This document shows, in pieces, positions 28,623-39,307 of a stretch of DNA of 64,000 bases (position 1 is its first letter; the number at the start of each line of letters is the position of its first letter). The position numbers and the translations under genes were made by a program. Source of the stretch: an uncultured bacterium (GTDB lineage Bacteria; Calescibacteriota; Calescibacteriia; Calescibacteriales; Calescibacteriaceae); assembly GCA_938036315.1 (NCBI GenBank), contig CALHPK010000009.1, forward strand, positions 82,236 through 146,235, in the 5' to 3' direction. The notes beneath the pieces were generated by a model. The model was not told the DNA's origin, ran no database searches, and saw only the letters and a list, made by a program, of their open reading frames with translations.

Positions 28623-31600
28623 ATGGAAACGAACAGAGAAGTAGTAAGAAGCGTAAACGATATAGAGGCAGTTCGAATATCTATTGCATCTCCAGAGAAA
28701 ATATCACAGATAGCATATGGAGAGATTCGGCGCCCTGATACAATAAACTACAGAACTGGCAAACCAGAAAAAGAAGGATTATTCTGTGCTGTAATTTTTG
28801 GGCCAATAAATGATTTTGAATGCCTGTGCGGCAAATACAAAGGGCAAAGATACAGAGGAACGGTTTGCGAAAGATGTGGAGTTGAGGTAACATCAAAAAG
28901 AGTAAGAAGAGAAAGAATGGGCAAGATAACTTTAAGCTACCCCGTCACCCATATCTGGTTCCTAAAAGTAGCACCCAATCCCATATCGTCTCTACTAGAT
29001 ATGTCTCAAAGAGATATAGAGGATATTGTAAATTTTAGCCTTTGGATTGTAGTAGAACCTCCAGAAAAAATATACGAACTGAGCGTATCAGAACAGCACA
29101 TCGAAAAACTCATAAAGGCCCTGAAACAATTTTCAGCCTTAGTAAGAGAAGTCGACTTTGAAAAAAAATACTCTCAACACATCGAACAGATAAAAAGATT
29201 TGAAACAGTCCTTAAAGAGATAGCTATAAGAAAAATCTTAATCAAATACGCATTCGATCCAGAAATAAACAAAAGCAGAGATCCTCAGAAGTTATGCAAC
29301 GGAATAATAAAGGAATTATCGAAGTTCAAAAACTTCAAAGAAGCAGAAGATATAGTTGAATCCATCCAGGAGATAGAAGATAAACTAAAAACAATAGAAG
29401 ATGAAAAAAGATCTGAAAGATTTGATGAGATAAAGGATAAAATAATAGCAAATGCTATCAAATTCCCTGAATATGTGATAGTTCACAGAGAAGTCATAGG
29501 ACTGTTCGTTGCGCACTTTCCGAATATATTCCTACCCACAACAATTTTAGGTGGAATAGGTGGAGATACTATAAAAGGATTCGATGAGAAAAATCTATCA
29601 GTTGAGAGGTTTAGCTTTGGAAAAGATCAAATAGCTTTGGTCGTCCACAAGAAAGATTCCCCAAAATACACTGATCCATCAAAGCATAAGGTATCAAATT
29701 TTGTTGTAGGCTCTGGTGCAGAAACTATAAGATATATGCTCAAGAATTTAGATCTAAATAGACTCTCAGAATTGATCAGAGTGGAGATAGAAAACATAAA
29801 TAAGAATCATAGAGCAGAAGAATCATCCAGATTCATCAGACTTTCAAGAAGGCTAAGAATAGTAAATGAGTTTAAAGGTTCAGAAAACAGACCAGAATGG
29901 ATGATAATGGAAGTGATTCCTGTGCTACCACCTGAACTAAGACCTTTGGTTATTCTGGAAGAAGGAAGAATAGCAAGGTCAGACCTTAACGAATTCTACC
30001 GGATGATAATCCAGAGAAATTCAAGATTAACAAAGATGAAAAGATTATTGGAACTTGGCATAGGGATTCCAGATGCAGTTATTGAGAACGAAATTAGGTT
30101 ACTTCAGGCAGCAGTTGATTCCCTTATAGATTCATCAAAGGCAAAAAAACCTCAGGCCTCAAGAACTGGAAGACCTCTCAGATCACTTGCCGATATAATA
30201 AAGGGAAAATATGGGAGATTGAGACAGAATTTACTTGGAAAAAGAACTGATTTCTCAGCAAGAAGTGTGATAGTTGTTGGTCCGGATCTCAGATTGCATC
30301 AGATAGGAGTTCCAAAAGAAATAGCTCTGGAGATATTCAAACCATACATTATATGGTGGCTCATAAAGAAAAAAGGATTGGTTACCTCCGTAAAAGAGGC
30401 AAGAAAGCTATTTGAAGAAAAGAAATATTCAGCAATAAGTGGCAGAATCGATGAACAAACAAAGTGGTTATTCTACGCACTTGAAGATATTATAAAAGAG
30501 AAACTTATACTTGCTAATAGAGCTCCGACACTTCACAGGATGAACATTCAGGCATTCGAAATAGTCCTGACAGAAGGTAAAGCTATAAGACTGCACCCTT
30601 TAGTCTGCACAGCATACAATGCAGATTTTGATGGAGATCAGATGGGACTATTCCTCCCCTTATCCATACAAGCTCAGACGGAATCCAGAATCCTTATGCT
30701 ATCAACACATCAGATACTCTCACCAGCTCATGGAAACCCAATAGTATATCCAACCCAGGATCAAGTTATGGGGATATTCTGGATGACAAAAGAAAAAATA
30801 GGTGAGAAGGGAGAAGGGAGATTCTTCTCTTCAGCGAGAGAGGTTTACATAGCATATGAAAACAAAGAGGTATCACTCCATGCAATAATAGAGTGCTTGA
30901 TCACGTGTTTGTGTAATAAATGTCATGGAAAAGAAAAAATCTACAGAACAACACCCGGAAGAGTAATATTCTTTCAGGATGTACTTCCTAAAAAACTTTG
31001 TTTTGAACTTATAAACAAACCAATTGGTAAAAAGGAGATAATAGATCTAGTGGCCATATCAAGACAAATAGCTGGCGAGAAAGAAACGGTTATCTTCCTT
31101 GACAAGATGAAGGATATAGGATTTGAAATGCTAACACGCTCAGGCTTTACGCTTGCAGTTCACCACTTTGTCATTCCAGAAGAGAAAGGGAAAGTTCTTG
31201 AAGAAGCAGAAAGAATGGTCAAAAACATAGAAGAAAAATATGCAAAAAGACTTATTACTTGGGGAGAAAGATACAACAGAATAACCCAAATATGGCTTGA
31301 GTATACTGAAAAAATAGGTAAATTAGCAAGAGAAAAGGTCTCGTGGACAGAAATCGAAATCGGAGGAAGGAAAGAAAAAGTTATGTCTGACAATCCAGTC
31401 TTTTTGGCGGTTCACTCTGGAGCTCGTGGATCATACGAACAGATAAAGCAAATCTCCGGTATGAGAGGTGTAATGGCAAAACCCGGTGGCGAACTTATAG
31501 AATTTCCGATAAAGCACAACTTAAGGGAAGGATTAACCCCCCTTGAATACTTTATATCAACTCATGGTGGAAGAAAAGGAATAGCGGATACAGCACTTAA

Positions 31601-33440
31601 AACCGCAAAAGCAGGTTACCTGACCAGGAAACTTGTAGATGTAGCTCAAGAAATTATAGTAAAAACTGAAGACTGCGGAACTAAAAAGTTCATACGTATG
31701 ACCCCCCTCACATACGGAGGGGAAGTTCTCAGACCACTATCGCACAGAATATTCGGCAGGGTAGCCGCGGATGATATAATTTCTCCTGAAACAGGAGAGA
31801 TAATAGTCAAAAAAGGAGAATACATAACTAAAGAAAAAGCAACTCTTATAGAGGAACTCGGCATAGAAGAGGTAAGTATAAGGAGTGTCTTAACTTGCGA
31901 AGCTGAAGATGGAATCTGTGCAAAATGCTACGGATGGGCTTTAGCATCATGGGAAGAAGTAACTTTAGGAGAAGCTGTGGGAATAATCGCTGCACAAAGT
32001 ATAGGAGAACCAGGTACCCAGCTCACAATGAGAACATTCCACTACGGCGGAATAGCAGCCCTTACAGAAAAAGGAGATATAGTGGCAAATCACGATGGGA
32101 AAGTTAAATTCAAAGATTTTAAATATATAGAAGTCGAAATATCTCAAGAGGAAATGGAAAAACTCGGACTGACCAAAGAAGATATCATAGAAGGTAAGAA
32201 AATTCTCAGAGTTACATCAAGACTAGGAACAATAGAAATCGTATCAAAAAAGGAACGCACTCTTGAAAGATATGAAGTAAAATACGGAGCAGCAATATTT
32301 GTAAGACCAGATCAGGAAGTAAAAAGAGGACAGAAAATAGCAGTCTGGAACCCATATGCAAACATAATCTTGACACACACCAGCGGTAGAGTCAAATTCA
32401 AAGATATAGTCCCCGGAGTCACAGTTATTGAAAAGAAAGAAGAAGTAACTGGTAAAGTCGTCAGAACTATTATAGAGCCAATCGGGAAAGCAGCCTCCAC
32501 TATGAGACCCTCTATAATCGTCACCACACCCGATGGGAAAGAAATAACCTACCCACTACCAGTGAGAGCTACAATATCTGTAGAAGAAGGAGCGAGCGTC
32601 AAAGCTGGAGAGGAAATAGCAAGAGTAGAAACAGGTTACGCAAAGACGAAAGATATAACAACAGGATTGCCGAAAGTCGAAGAGTTCTTCGAAGCAAGAA
32701 ATCCAAAGGAAGAAGCAGTAGTATCAGAAATAACAGGCAGAGTCGAGAAAATAGAAGATATAAAAGGTGGCAAAAAGAGAATAATAATAAAGCCTCTTGG
32801 TAAAGCATCGATGAAAGTCCAACAACGTTCATACGACATTCCTAAAAACAGACACATAATCGTAGTCTTGGGAGATATCGTAAATGCTGGTGATGCATTA
32901 ACAGATGGCGTCCCCAATCCGAAATCTCTACTAAAAATAAAAGACCCAGACCATGTAGGTCTTTTCCTACTAAATGAGATACAAAAGATATACTCATCTC
33001 AGGGAATAGATATAAATGATAAGCACTTTGAAGTTATAATCAGGCAGATGATAAAATGGGTAAAGATAAAGAATCCAGGGGATAGTTCCTTCATCCCGGG
33101 TGAAATAGTAGACAAGTTCAAGGTCAAACAGGAAAACGATAAACTAAGAAAAATGGGCAAGAAACCAGCTATCTTTGAATATACAATTTTGGGCATCAGC
33201 AAAGCTTCTTTATACTCTGACTCATGGATCGCAGCCGCGTCATTCCAAGAAACTCCAAAAGTTCTCACCTCAGCAGCTTTAGCATCAAAAATAGATAAGC
33301 TAGAAGGTATAAAAGAAAACGTTCTCATTGGCAAACTCATCCCAGCAGGATCAAACTTTCCAGCTTACAGAAACATAGGAATTGAAACAGAAAAAATGCA
33401 AATCACCGAAGAACTAGTAGAAAGAGAATTGAAAAGATAA
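28623..33440 (+). CDS. rpoC: DNA-directed RNA polymerase subunit beta' (1605 aa, with lineage-specific insertions)
   Basis: N-terminal Zn finger CLCGKYKG...CERCGV, NADFDGDQM catalytic motif, and the trigger-loop/bridge-helix regions. Confidence 0.97.
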   Translation: METNREVVRSVNDIEAVRISIASPEKISQIAYGEIRRPDTINYRTGKPEKEGLFCAVIFGPINDFECLCGKYKGQRYRGTVCERCGVEVTSKRVRRERMGKITLSYPVTHIWFLKVAPNPISSLLDMSQRDIEDIVNFSLWIVVEPPEKIYELSVSEQHIEKLIKALKQFSALVREVDFEKKYSQHIEQIKRFETVLKEIAIRKILIKYAFDPEINKSRDPQKLCNGIIKELSKFKNFKEAEDIVESIQEIEDKLKTIEDEKRSERFDEIKDKIIANAIKFPEYVIVHREVIGLFVAHFPNIFLPTTILGGIGGDTIKGFDEKNLSVERFSFGKDQIALVVHKKDSPKYTDPSKHKVSNFVVGSGAETIRYMLKNLDLNRLSELIRVEIENINKNHRAEESSRFIRLSRRLRIVNEFKGSENRPEWMIMEVIPVLPPELRPLVILEEGRIARSDLNEFYRMIIQRNSRLTKMKRLLELGIGIPDAVIENEIRLLQAAVDSLIDSSKAKKPQASRTGRPLRSLADIIKGKYGRLRQNLLGKRTDFSARSVIVVGPDLRLHQIGVPKEIALEIFKPYIIWWLIKKKGLVTSVKEARKLFEEKKYSAISGRIDEQTKWLFYALEDIIKEKLILANRAPTLHRMNIQAFEIVLTEGKAIRLHPLVCTAYNADFDGDQMGLFLPLSIQAQTESRILMLSTHQILSPAHGNPIVYPTQDQVMGIFWMTKEKIGEKGEGRFFSSAREVYIAYENKEVSLHAIIECLITCLCNKCHGKEKIYRTTPGRVIFFQDVLPKKLCFELINKPIGKKEIIDLVAISRQIAGEKETVIFLDKMKDIGFEMLTRSGFTLAVHHFVIPEEKGKVLEEAERMVKNIEEKYAKRLITWGERYNRITQIWLEYTEKIGKLAREKVSWTEIEIGGRKEKVMSDNPVFLAVHSGARGSYEQIKQISGMRGVMAKPGGELIEFPIKHNLREGLTPLEYFISTHGGRKGIADTALKTAKAGYLTRKLVDVAQEIIVKTEDCGTKKFIRMTPLTYGGEVLRPLSHRIFGRVAADDIISPETGEIIVKKGEYITKEKATLIEELGIEEVSIRSVLTCEAEDGICAKCYGWALASWEEVTLGEAVGIIAAQSIGEPGTQLTMRTFHYGGIAALTEKGDIVANHDGKVKFKDFKYIEVEISQEEMEKLGLTKEDIIEGKKILRVTSRLGTIEIVSKKERTLERYEVKYGAAIFVRPDQEVKRGQKIAVWNPYANIILTHTSGRVKFKDIVPGVTVIEKKEEVTGKVVRTIIEPIGKAASTMRPSIIVTTPDGKEITYPLPVRATISVEEGASVKAGEEIARVETGYAKTKDITTGLPKVEEFFEARNPKEEAVVSEITGRVEKIEDIKGGKKRIIIKPLGKASMKVQQRSYDIPKNRHIIVVLGDIVNAGDALTDGVPNPKSLLKIKDPDHVGLFLLNEIQKIYSSQGIDINDKHFEVIIRQMIKWVKIKNPGDSSFIPGEIVDKFKVKQENDKLRKMGKKPAIFEYTILGISKASLYSDSWIAAASFQETPKVLTSAALASKIDKLEGIKENVLIGKLIPAGSNFPAYRNIGIETEKMQITEELVERELKR

Positions 33441-33466
33441 TAACAGCTACCGTTAAAAAGATCAGT

Positions 33467-33919
33467 GTGAAAGGCTTGATCCATTTTCTCAACTCAATAG
33501 TAAATGAGCGCAAAACTGTTATTATTCAAGGAATAAAATACGGGATGATCGGAGTATGTGGTTTAACCTCTAACCTTTTGATATTTTCTTTTTTAGTATA
33601 CATTCTTAAAGTGTGGTATATCGTATCGGGTATACTCGCTGGGTGGCTATCTATGACCCAGAACTTTATCCTCCACAGGAAATTTACCTTCAAAGGATAC
33701 TCAAATTTCAAAGTCATATCATTAACCGGAATCAAAAGATATGCAAGATTCTGGATATTATCCCTGGTAAACATACCTCTTTTTTCATCTTTACTTTACA
33801 CCCAAGTTGAATTTCTCCATTTACCAAAAGTCATAGCACAGTTCAATGCATCCTTAATAGGCGGAGTCATAAACTTTATAGTTGCAAGAAGATTCATATT
33901 TCATCCTGTCCAAATATGA
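33467..33919 (+). CDS. GtrA-like family small membrane protein
   Basis: 150 aa, four predicted TM helices, GtrA-type topology and the conserved N-terminal KYGMIGVCG region. Starts 26 nt after rpoC. Confidence 0.5.
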   Translation: MKGLIHFLNSIVNERKTVIIQGIKYGMIGVCGLTSNLLIFSFLVYILKVWYIVSGILAGWLSMTQNFILHRKFTFKGYSNFKVISLTGIKRYARFWILSLVNIPLFSSLLYTQVEFLHLPKVIAQFNASLIGGVINFIVARRFIFHPVQI

Positions 33920-33938
33920 ACTTCATCATCACCTCTTT

Positions 33939-34943
33939 TTACCGCTTCAACTCCTCTATAACTTTATTGAGTATAGTGTGCAGATCCTTGAGATCTTGAG
34001 AAAACCATATCTTATTCCTAACCTGCTCTCTGAGCCAAGCTTCATCCTCTTGAGAAAGTTTAATAAACTTCACTCCCATATTTCTTAATCTTTCCTTTGC
34101 CTTTTCCTGAAAGTCTCTTATGACTTTGCGACTCCTCCTTTCAAACTCCTTGAATTCCTCTTCAAAAGATCTTTTTACATCTGCGGGAAGAGAGTCCCAA
34201 GACTTCTTATACATAACCAGTGCCCCATGCTCATATCTGAATGGCAAATCAATAGCTATTTTTACATGATTGCACCACTGCAAACTTAAACAAGCTTCAG
34301 GACTTGAATGGAAAGATTCTATCATCCCTGTTTCAAGTGCAGTCAATACATCAGGAACCCGAAGAAATATCGGTTTTGTTCCCAGAACTTCCGGTACTTT
34401 GGCATCGATCGGTTCTCCAGCCCATGCCCAAAATCTTGTCTTACCTAAATCCTTAAGATTTGATACAAGCTGTTTTGAAAAAAAGTAAGCTACCCCTTCT
34501 TCCGAAAACGCAAGAAGCTTAAAATTCCGCTCCTCAAAAAGCTTCCCAAAATATCCTTTAAATTTCTCTATAATCTCATCTATTTCTTCATAATTTTTGA
34601 AAAGCATTGGTAGATCTAAGATACCTGTCTCTGGCACTATTTTTTTCACCCCATTTATAGTAAAGGCCCCTGAGTGTAGCTGTCCCATCTTTATCTTTTT
34701 CAAGACTTCTTCTTCGTCTCCCATAACCCCACCTGGATAAATCATTATCTTTACTACTCCCTTGTGTCTTTCCTTTATATTCCGCACAGAAGAATCTAAC
34801 AAATCATACCAAACTGATCCAACTGGAGCAAGTGTGGCTATCTTTATAGTCACCTCTTGTTGAGCAAATACAGAAGGACAGAACAAAATCAAAAGGAATA
34901 AAACATAAGTATTCAACTTCACACTTTTTGCACCCATATGCAA
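33939..34943 (-). CDS. TRAP transporter solute-binding protein (DctP family), without adjacent DctQ/DctM
   Basis: Signal peptide plus a DctP-like core (IKIATLAPVGSVWYDLL...IMIYPGGVMGDEEEVLKKIKMGQLHSGAFT). Confidence 0.55.
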   Translation of the reverse strand: MHMGAKSVKLNTYVLFLLILFCPSVFAQQEVTIKIATLAPVGSVWYDLLDSSVRNIKERHKGVVKIMIYPGGVMGDEEEVLKKIKMGQLHSGAFTINGVKKIVPETGILDLPMLFKNYEEIDEIIEKFKGYFGKLFEERNFKLLAFSEEGVAYFFSKQLVSNLKDLGKTRFWAWAGEPIDAKVPEVLGTKPIFLRVPDVLTALETGMIESFHSSPEACLSLQWCNHVKIAIDLPFRYEHGALVMYKKSWDSLPADVKRSFEEEFKEFERRSRKVIRDFQEKAKERLRNMGVKFIKLSQEDEAWLREQVRNKIWFSQDLKDLHTILNKVIEELKR

Positions 34944-35000
34944 AATCCAATTTCAAAAATGAAAACGTAAAAAATATATATTAAGCATCCAATAGTACTG

Positions 35001-35678
35001 ATGCATGTTCTTGAAAAAGATCGTAATGTTATACTCTACGGTTCAGATAGCATAAGGGAAGCTTTTTTCGAATGTGCAAAATTTGGACTCTTGTTTCCGT
35101 TTATTCCATTTATTGATATGTCGACTCAGGAGCTACTACAAATTTCAGATTTTTCAGCTTTCGGTTTCCCATTTACCCACTATGTCAGTGGCTTGGAAGT
35201 CGAAATAAGAAGCGGAAGCAACACAAAAGTAATAAAATACGGCGGAACCATATACAAAACCAATACCACCTTCAATATAGTTCCACTACTTATCGGATCA
35301 AAAATACATCAGATCACAGGTAGCACAAAATATAAGCTTTTTACTGATCTCCAGAGCGAACAAATAAAATTTAGGTGGACCTCGATAAAGATCCTCCCTC
35401 CAAAGCAGATATACTTATCTGACCTAAGGCAAAATAGGAACTCCAAGTACATCGTAAAGCAGGGGGAAAATATTTATGCCATCTCTGAAGAAATAGTAAG
35501 TGACTCAGTGAAAATTGATATCCCTAAAGATATAGATAAACTTGAAAAACTTTTTTTTAAAAAAGCTCTTAACCACATATCAGTAGAAACTGAACTTACA
35601 AAAGTGCTGAAAGAACATAAAAACCTGCTCATTATCTCGGAAAAGGAATATTTCCTATGTTTAAGTTTAAATGAGTGA
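35001..35678 (+). CDS. Hypothetical protein, co-operonic with the downstream permease
   Basis: Overlaps the next ORF by 8 nt. No signal peptide, no Walker motifs, and no family recognised. Confidence 0.25.
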   Translation: MHVLEKDRNVILYGSDSIREAFFECAKFGLLFPFIPFIDMSTQELLQISDFSAFGFPFTHYVSGLEVEIRSGSNTKVIKYGGTIYKTNTTFNIVPLLIGSKIHQITGSTKYKLFTDLQSEQIKFRWTSIKILPPKQIYLSDLRQNRNSKYIVKQGENIYAISEEIVSDSVKIDIPKDIDKLEKLFFKKALNHISVETELTKVLKEHKNLLIISEKEYFLCLSLNE

Positions 35679-37200
35679 GATTCTCGAGTTCATACTAAAT
35701 TTTCCTGAACTCCTCGCCTTAAGCGTAGTATCTCTTTTTCGCATATTCATAGCATATTTTATAAGCATAACTTTAGCAATCATATTATCTTACATAGCAG
35801 TATCACATTCGAAACTTGAGAAAATTCTCATAGGCATCATCGATATTATGCAATCTATACCGGTCTTAAGCTTCGTTCCAGCAGTCATGATCTTTTTGAC
35901 AAAATTTGGGAAACTCGGAGCGGAATTAGCATCGCTTATCCTCATAACAACTGGTATGATATGGAATCTAATCTTTTCTTACTACTCATCTTTAAAATCA
36001 ATTCCAAAAGAACTTCGGGAAGTAGGTAAAATAGCTCATATAGGTCCTCTAAATAAATTTCTTTTCATAGATCTACCATACGCTATACCAGGTTTAGTAT
36101 GGAATAGTATGCTGTCATTTGGCGGTGGATGGTATTTTCTGATGTACTGCGAGACGATAACTGTTGGTAACATTGATGTGAAACTTATAGGCATAGGCTC
36201 AGCAATTCTAAACGCATCAGAAGATGGTAATATAATAGCGGCAATAGAAGGTATCCTATCTATTTTGATAATTGTAACGCTAACTTTTCTACTTTTGTGG
36301 ATTCCAATGGAAACTTGGTCAAAAAAATTCGTAGTAGAAGAAGAAATTCATGGGAAAGCGATATCGCCCTCTATGTTCAAAGCAACGTACAAAATCTTAG
36401 ATAAAATATATCATCTATTATTAAGATTGGCGTCAAAATTCAGAGATAGGCCGATGAGCTTTGATATAGTTAGCAAAACTGCATATATTTTTGTAATCTG
36501 CCTCCTTTCTGCACTTGGGATATTTACTTTGTGGTTGATGACAAAAATCCCACTGAACGAGCTCCTTGATGTTCCTACATCTTTCCTTTTATCATTAATG
36601 AGGGTTATAGTTGGAATTTGCATTTCTTCAGCTATAGCAGTACCACTGGGGGTATACATAGGACTAAGGGCAAACATCCTTGCAAGGCTACGTCTTGTGA
36701 TCTTAATTTTGTCGTGTCTGCCCGCTCCCGCACTAATACCTGTAATCTTTTCCGCTCTTTCAAAATTTGATCTTGGCATAGAAATAAACGCAATCTTGGT
36801 CATAATACTTTCATCTATTTGGTACATCTTTTTCAATACCGCGGGAGGAGTAGCTTCTATACCGCAAGAATACTTTGATCTTGCTAAAATTACCAGAATG
36901 AACAGAAAGGATAAACTTACAAAGATAATAATACCCGGATCTGCAAAAAACATGATAGTTGGATTCATAACCGCCTGGGGTGGAGCATGGAATGGGACAT
37001 TTGTAGCCGAATACATAGAATTCAAAGGAGAAAAACATGCTCTTCGGGGAATCGGCAGCCTGATATCCGAATCAGCAGAGAAAGGGAACCTTGAAATGCT
37101 TATGTTCTCAACAATACTACTGGCTTTTTCCATATTTATAATAAATCTGTTCGGATGGCGTAAAGTACTCAACTTTATCCTGCAAAGACACCTTACCTGA
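35671..37200 (+). CDS. Fused tandem ABC transporter permease (two BPD-type transmembrane domains, NitT/TauT-like)
   Basis: Two EAA-loop-like motifs: ELREVGKIAHIGPLNKFLFIDLPYAIPGL and QEYFDLAKITRMNRKDKLTKIIIPGSAKNM. About 12 TM helices. No ATPase or binding protein lies adjacent. Confidence 0.5.
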   Translation: MSEILEFILNFPELLALSVVSLFRIFIAYFISITLAIILSYIAVSHSKLEKILIGIIDIMQSIPVLSFVPAVMIFLTKFGKLGAELASLILITTGMIWNLIFSYYSSLKSIPKELREVGKIAHIGPLNKFLFIDLPYAIPGLVWNSMLSFGGGWYFLMYCETITVGNIDVKLIGIGSAILNASEDGNIIAAIEGILSILIIVTLTFLLLWIPMETWSKKFVVEEEIHGKAISPSMFKATYKILDKIYHLLLRLASKFRDRPMSFDIVSKTAYIFVICLLSALGIFTLWLMTKIPLNELLDVPTSFLLSLMRVIVGICISSAIAVPLGVYIGLRANILARLRLVILILSCLPAPALIPVIFSALSKFDLGIEINAILVIILSSIWYIFFNTAGGVASIPQEYFDLAKITRMNRKDKLTKIIIPGSAKNMIVGFITAWGGAWNGTFVAEYIEFKGEKHALRGIGSLISESAEKGNLEMLMFSTILLAFSIFIINLFGWRKVLNFILQRHLT

Positions 37201-37217
37201 CCATACCCTTCACAGAC

Positions 37218-38060
37218 TCACTTGACAATCTCAGTCCCAATACCTTCATCAGTGAATATTTCAAGTAGGATAGAATGCTTTATAAGGCCACTTATTATAT
37301 GAACTTTTCTAACCCCATTTTCAACGGCTTTCACCGCAAGCCTGACTTTAGGAACCATACCATCCTTTATCACTCCTTCTGCTATAAGTTTTTCAGATAT
37401 ATCCTTTGTGAGTGTTTTTAGTAAATTACCGTTTTTATCAAGTACCCCCTCCTCATCTGTTAGCAACAGTAATTTTTCTGCCCCAATCCATATTGCAAGC
37501 TCACAAGCCACTTCATCTGCATTAGTGTTCATAGAAGTACCATCCTCAAGAACGGTGATTGGAGATATCACAGGGATAAAGCCAGATAAAAGTAGCTTTC
37601 TTATCTCTTCAACCCTCACTTCCTTTACTTTCCCCACTCTACCTTCTCTGACCTCTGAAATTATTGAGAACGCATCTACACCAGATACTCCTATTGCTTT
37701 TGCCCCTTTTTTGCAGATCGCAGAAACAACTTTACTATTTACTTTTCCATCAAGCACCATCTCAACTACTTCCATTATTTCATCTGTAGTTTTTCTTATC
37801 CCCTCCTTGAACTCGGACTTTATGCCAAGTTTTTCAAGAATTTGCGTTATCTCCTTTCCTCCCCCATGTACAACAATAACTTTCACACCCACAAGATAAA
37901 GTAGAACTATATCACCGGCTATCATATCAAGAACATACGGATCATCGAGAATTCTCCCCCCAATTTTTACAACGAAAATCTTATCCCTGAACCTGAGAAA
38001 GTATGGTATAGATTCAGTAAGTACCTCCGCCTTGTGTGAGAATTTTTCTTCCTTCAACAT
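37218..38060 (-). CDS. argB: Acetylglutamate kinase
   Basis: Amino-acid-kinase fold with VVKIGG, VVHGGG and the nucleotide-binding C-terminal region. 280 aa. Confidence 0.8.
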   Translation of the reverse strand: MLKEEKFSHKAEVLTESIPYFLRFRDKIFVVKIGGRILDDPYVLDMIAGDIVLLYLVGVKVIVVHGGGKEITQILEKLGIKSEFKEGIRKTTDEIMEVVEMVLDGKVNSKVVSAICKKGAKAIGVSGVDAFSIISEVREGRVGKVKEVRVEEIRKLLLSGFIPVISPITVLEDGTSMNTNADEVACELAIWIGAEKLLLLTDEEGVLDKNGNLLKTLTKDISEKLIAEGVIKDGMVPKVRLAVKAVENGVRKVHIISGLIKHSILLEIFTDEGIGTEIVK

Positions 38061-38141
38061 TATCCACTACGAATAGCTTCGCGCTTCTTCATATTTACAA
38101 ATTTTCCTTTTATTTTTATTTTATAACTTTTTTAATTTTTG

Positions 38142-39152
38142 CTAATCAATTATCTGTTTTGCTGCTTTTTTAAGCCTGTTCATAATCCCAAGACCGACTC
38201 CCTCCTCCTCTACGGATTCAAAAATGATGACATCATATTTTTCACCAAAAGTAATGAGTATGTCGAAGAGATTTCTTGCAACTTCCTCGAGTGTCCGCCC
38301 AGCTGAGATAGTGTCTAATCCGAACTTCTCTTTTACCCTAAGGGCCCTCTCCTGATCTCCAAAGACCACAACGACAATATTTTGTGACAATCTTTCTTCT
38401 CTCATTTTTTCTATAGCTGAAAAAAGTTTTTCCTTTGATGCAACTATAAGTTCTGCATTGGGACTGTAATGTTGATACTTAAGCCCCGGGCTTTTTGGCC
38501 TCTCACTTCCAGTGCAGTGAACCAATCTTTTTCCGATCACTTTTTCAATAGCTTTAGGTTCAATCATGCCCGGGCGAAGTAGTAAAGGCTCTAATGGAGA
38601 GGTCAGATCAACCACGGTTGACTCTATACCTATTTTTATTTTCCCTTCAAGTACAAAAACTTTATCCCCAAAATAGTGTCTTATATGTTCTGCTTTTGTC
38701 GCTGAAGGTTTTCCAGCTGGGTTAGCACTTGGAGCAGCTATGGGAACACCTGCCAGGTCAATAAGCTTTAGGGCAACTTTGTGAGATGGCATTCTTACTG
38801 CAACTGAGTCTAACCCAGCAGTAACAATATCAGGCACAGTCAGATTCTTCTTAAGAACAATTGTTAATGGACCGGGCCAGAAACTATCGATGAGCTTATA
38901 TGCTTGCTCTGGAATATCTACGGCAATCAAAGGCAGGTCCTCTTTTTTTGATATATGAACTATGAGTGGGTTGTCAAGAGGTCTTCCCTTCAAACTGAAA
39001 ATCTTTCGAACCGCCCTTTCGTCAAAGGTGTTTGCACCCAGACCATAAACTGTCTCTGTAGGGAAAGCAACAACTTCACCTTTCCTTATCAATTCCGCAG
39101 CCTTAGCTATCTGCTCCTCATTCGCTTCTGCTATCTCCTCCTCAACCCACAC
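38142..39152 (-). CDS. L-threonylcarbamoyladenylate synthase (Sua5/TsaC, with C-terminal Sua5 domain)
   Basis: The YrdC domain contains VVAFPTETVYGLGANTF. At 336 aa the length includes the Sua5 C-terminal domain. Confidence 0.8.
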   Translation of the reverse strand: MWVEEEIAEANEEQIAKAAELIRKGEVVAFPTETVYGLGANTFDERAVRKIFSLKGRPLDNPLIVHISKKEDLPLIAVDIPEQAYKLIDSFWPGPLTIVLKKNLTVPDIVTAGLDSVAVRMPSHKVALKLIDLAGVPIAAPSANPAGKPSATKAEHIRHYFGDKVFVLEGKIKIGIESTVVDLTSPLEPLLLRPGMIEPKAIEKVIGKRLVHCTGSERPKSPGLKYQHYSPNAELIVASKEKLFSAIEKMREERLSQNIVVVVFGDQERALRVKEKFGLDTISAGRTLEEVARNLFDILITFGEKYDVIIFESVEEEGVGLGIMNRLKKAAKQIID

Positions 39153-39307
39153 GATTTGTGAAAATCTTGGAAAAACTATGAACCCCCTCGAAAATCTCTA
39201 AAATTTCAACTTTCAATAATCTATAAATCTAAAACTAAAAATTTAATTAATGATTTTTAATAAATTTGTAAATTAAATATAACTAAATAATCTGAGGAGG
39301 TTATGAG

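Noticed and set aside
24687-33340. Numerous 60-110-aa ORFs antisense to or out of frame within rpoB and rpoC in the six-frame track.
   Set aside because: They lie entirely inside highly conserved RNAP coding sequence, have no RBS, and are low-complexity (S/L/I-rich). They are frame-shadow artefacts.
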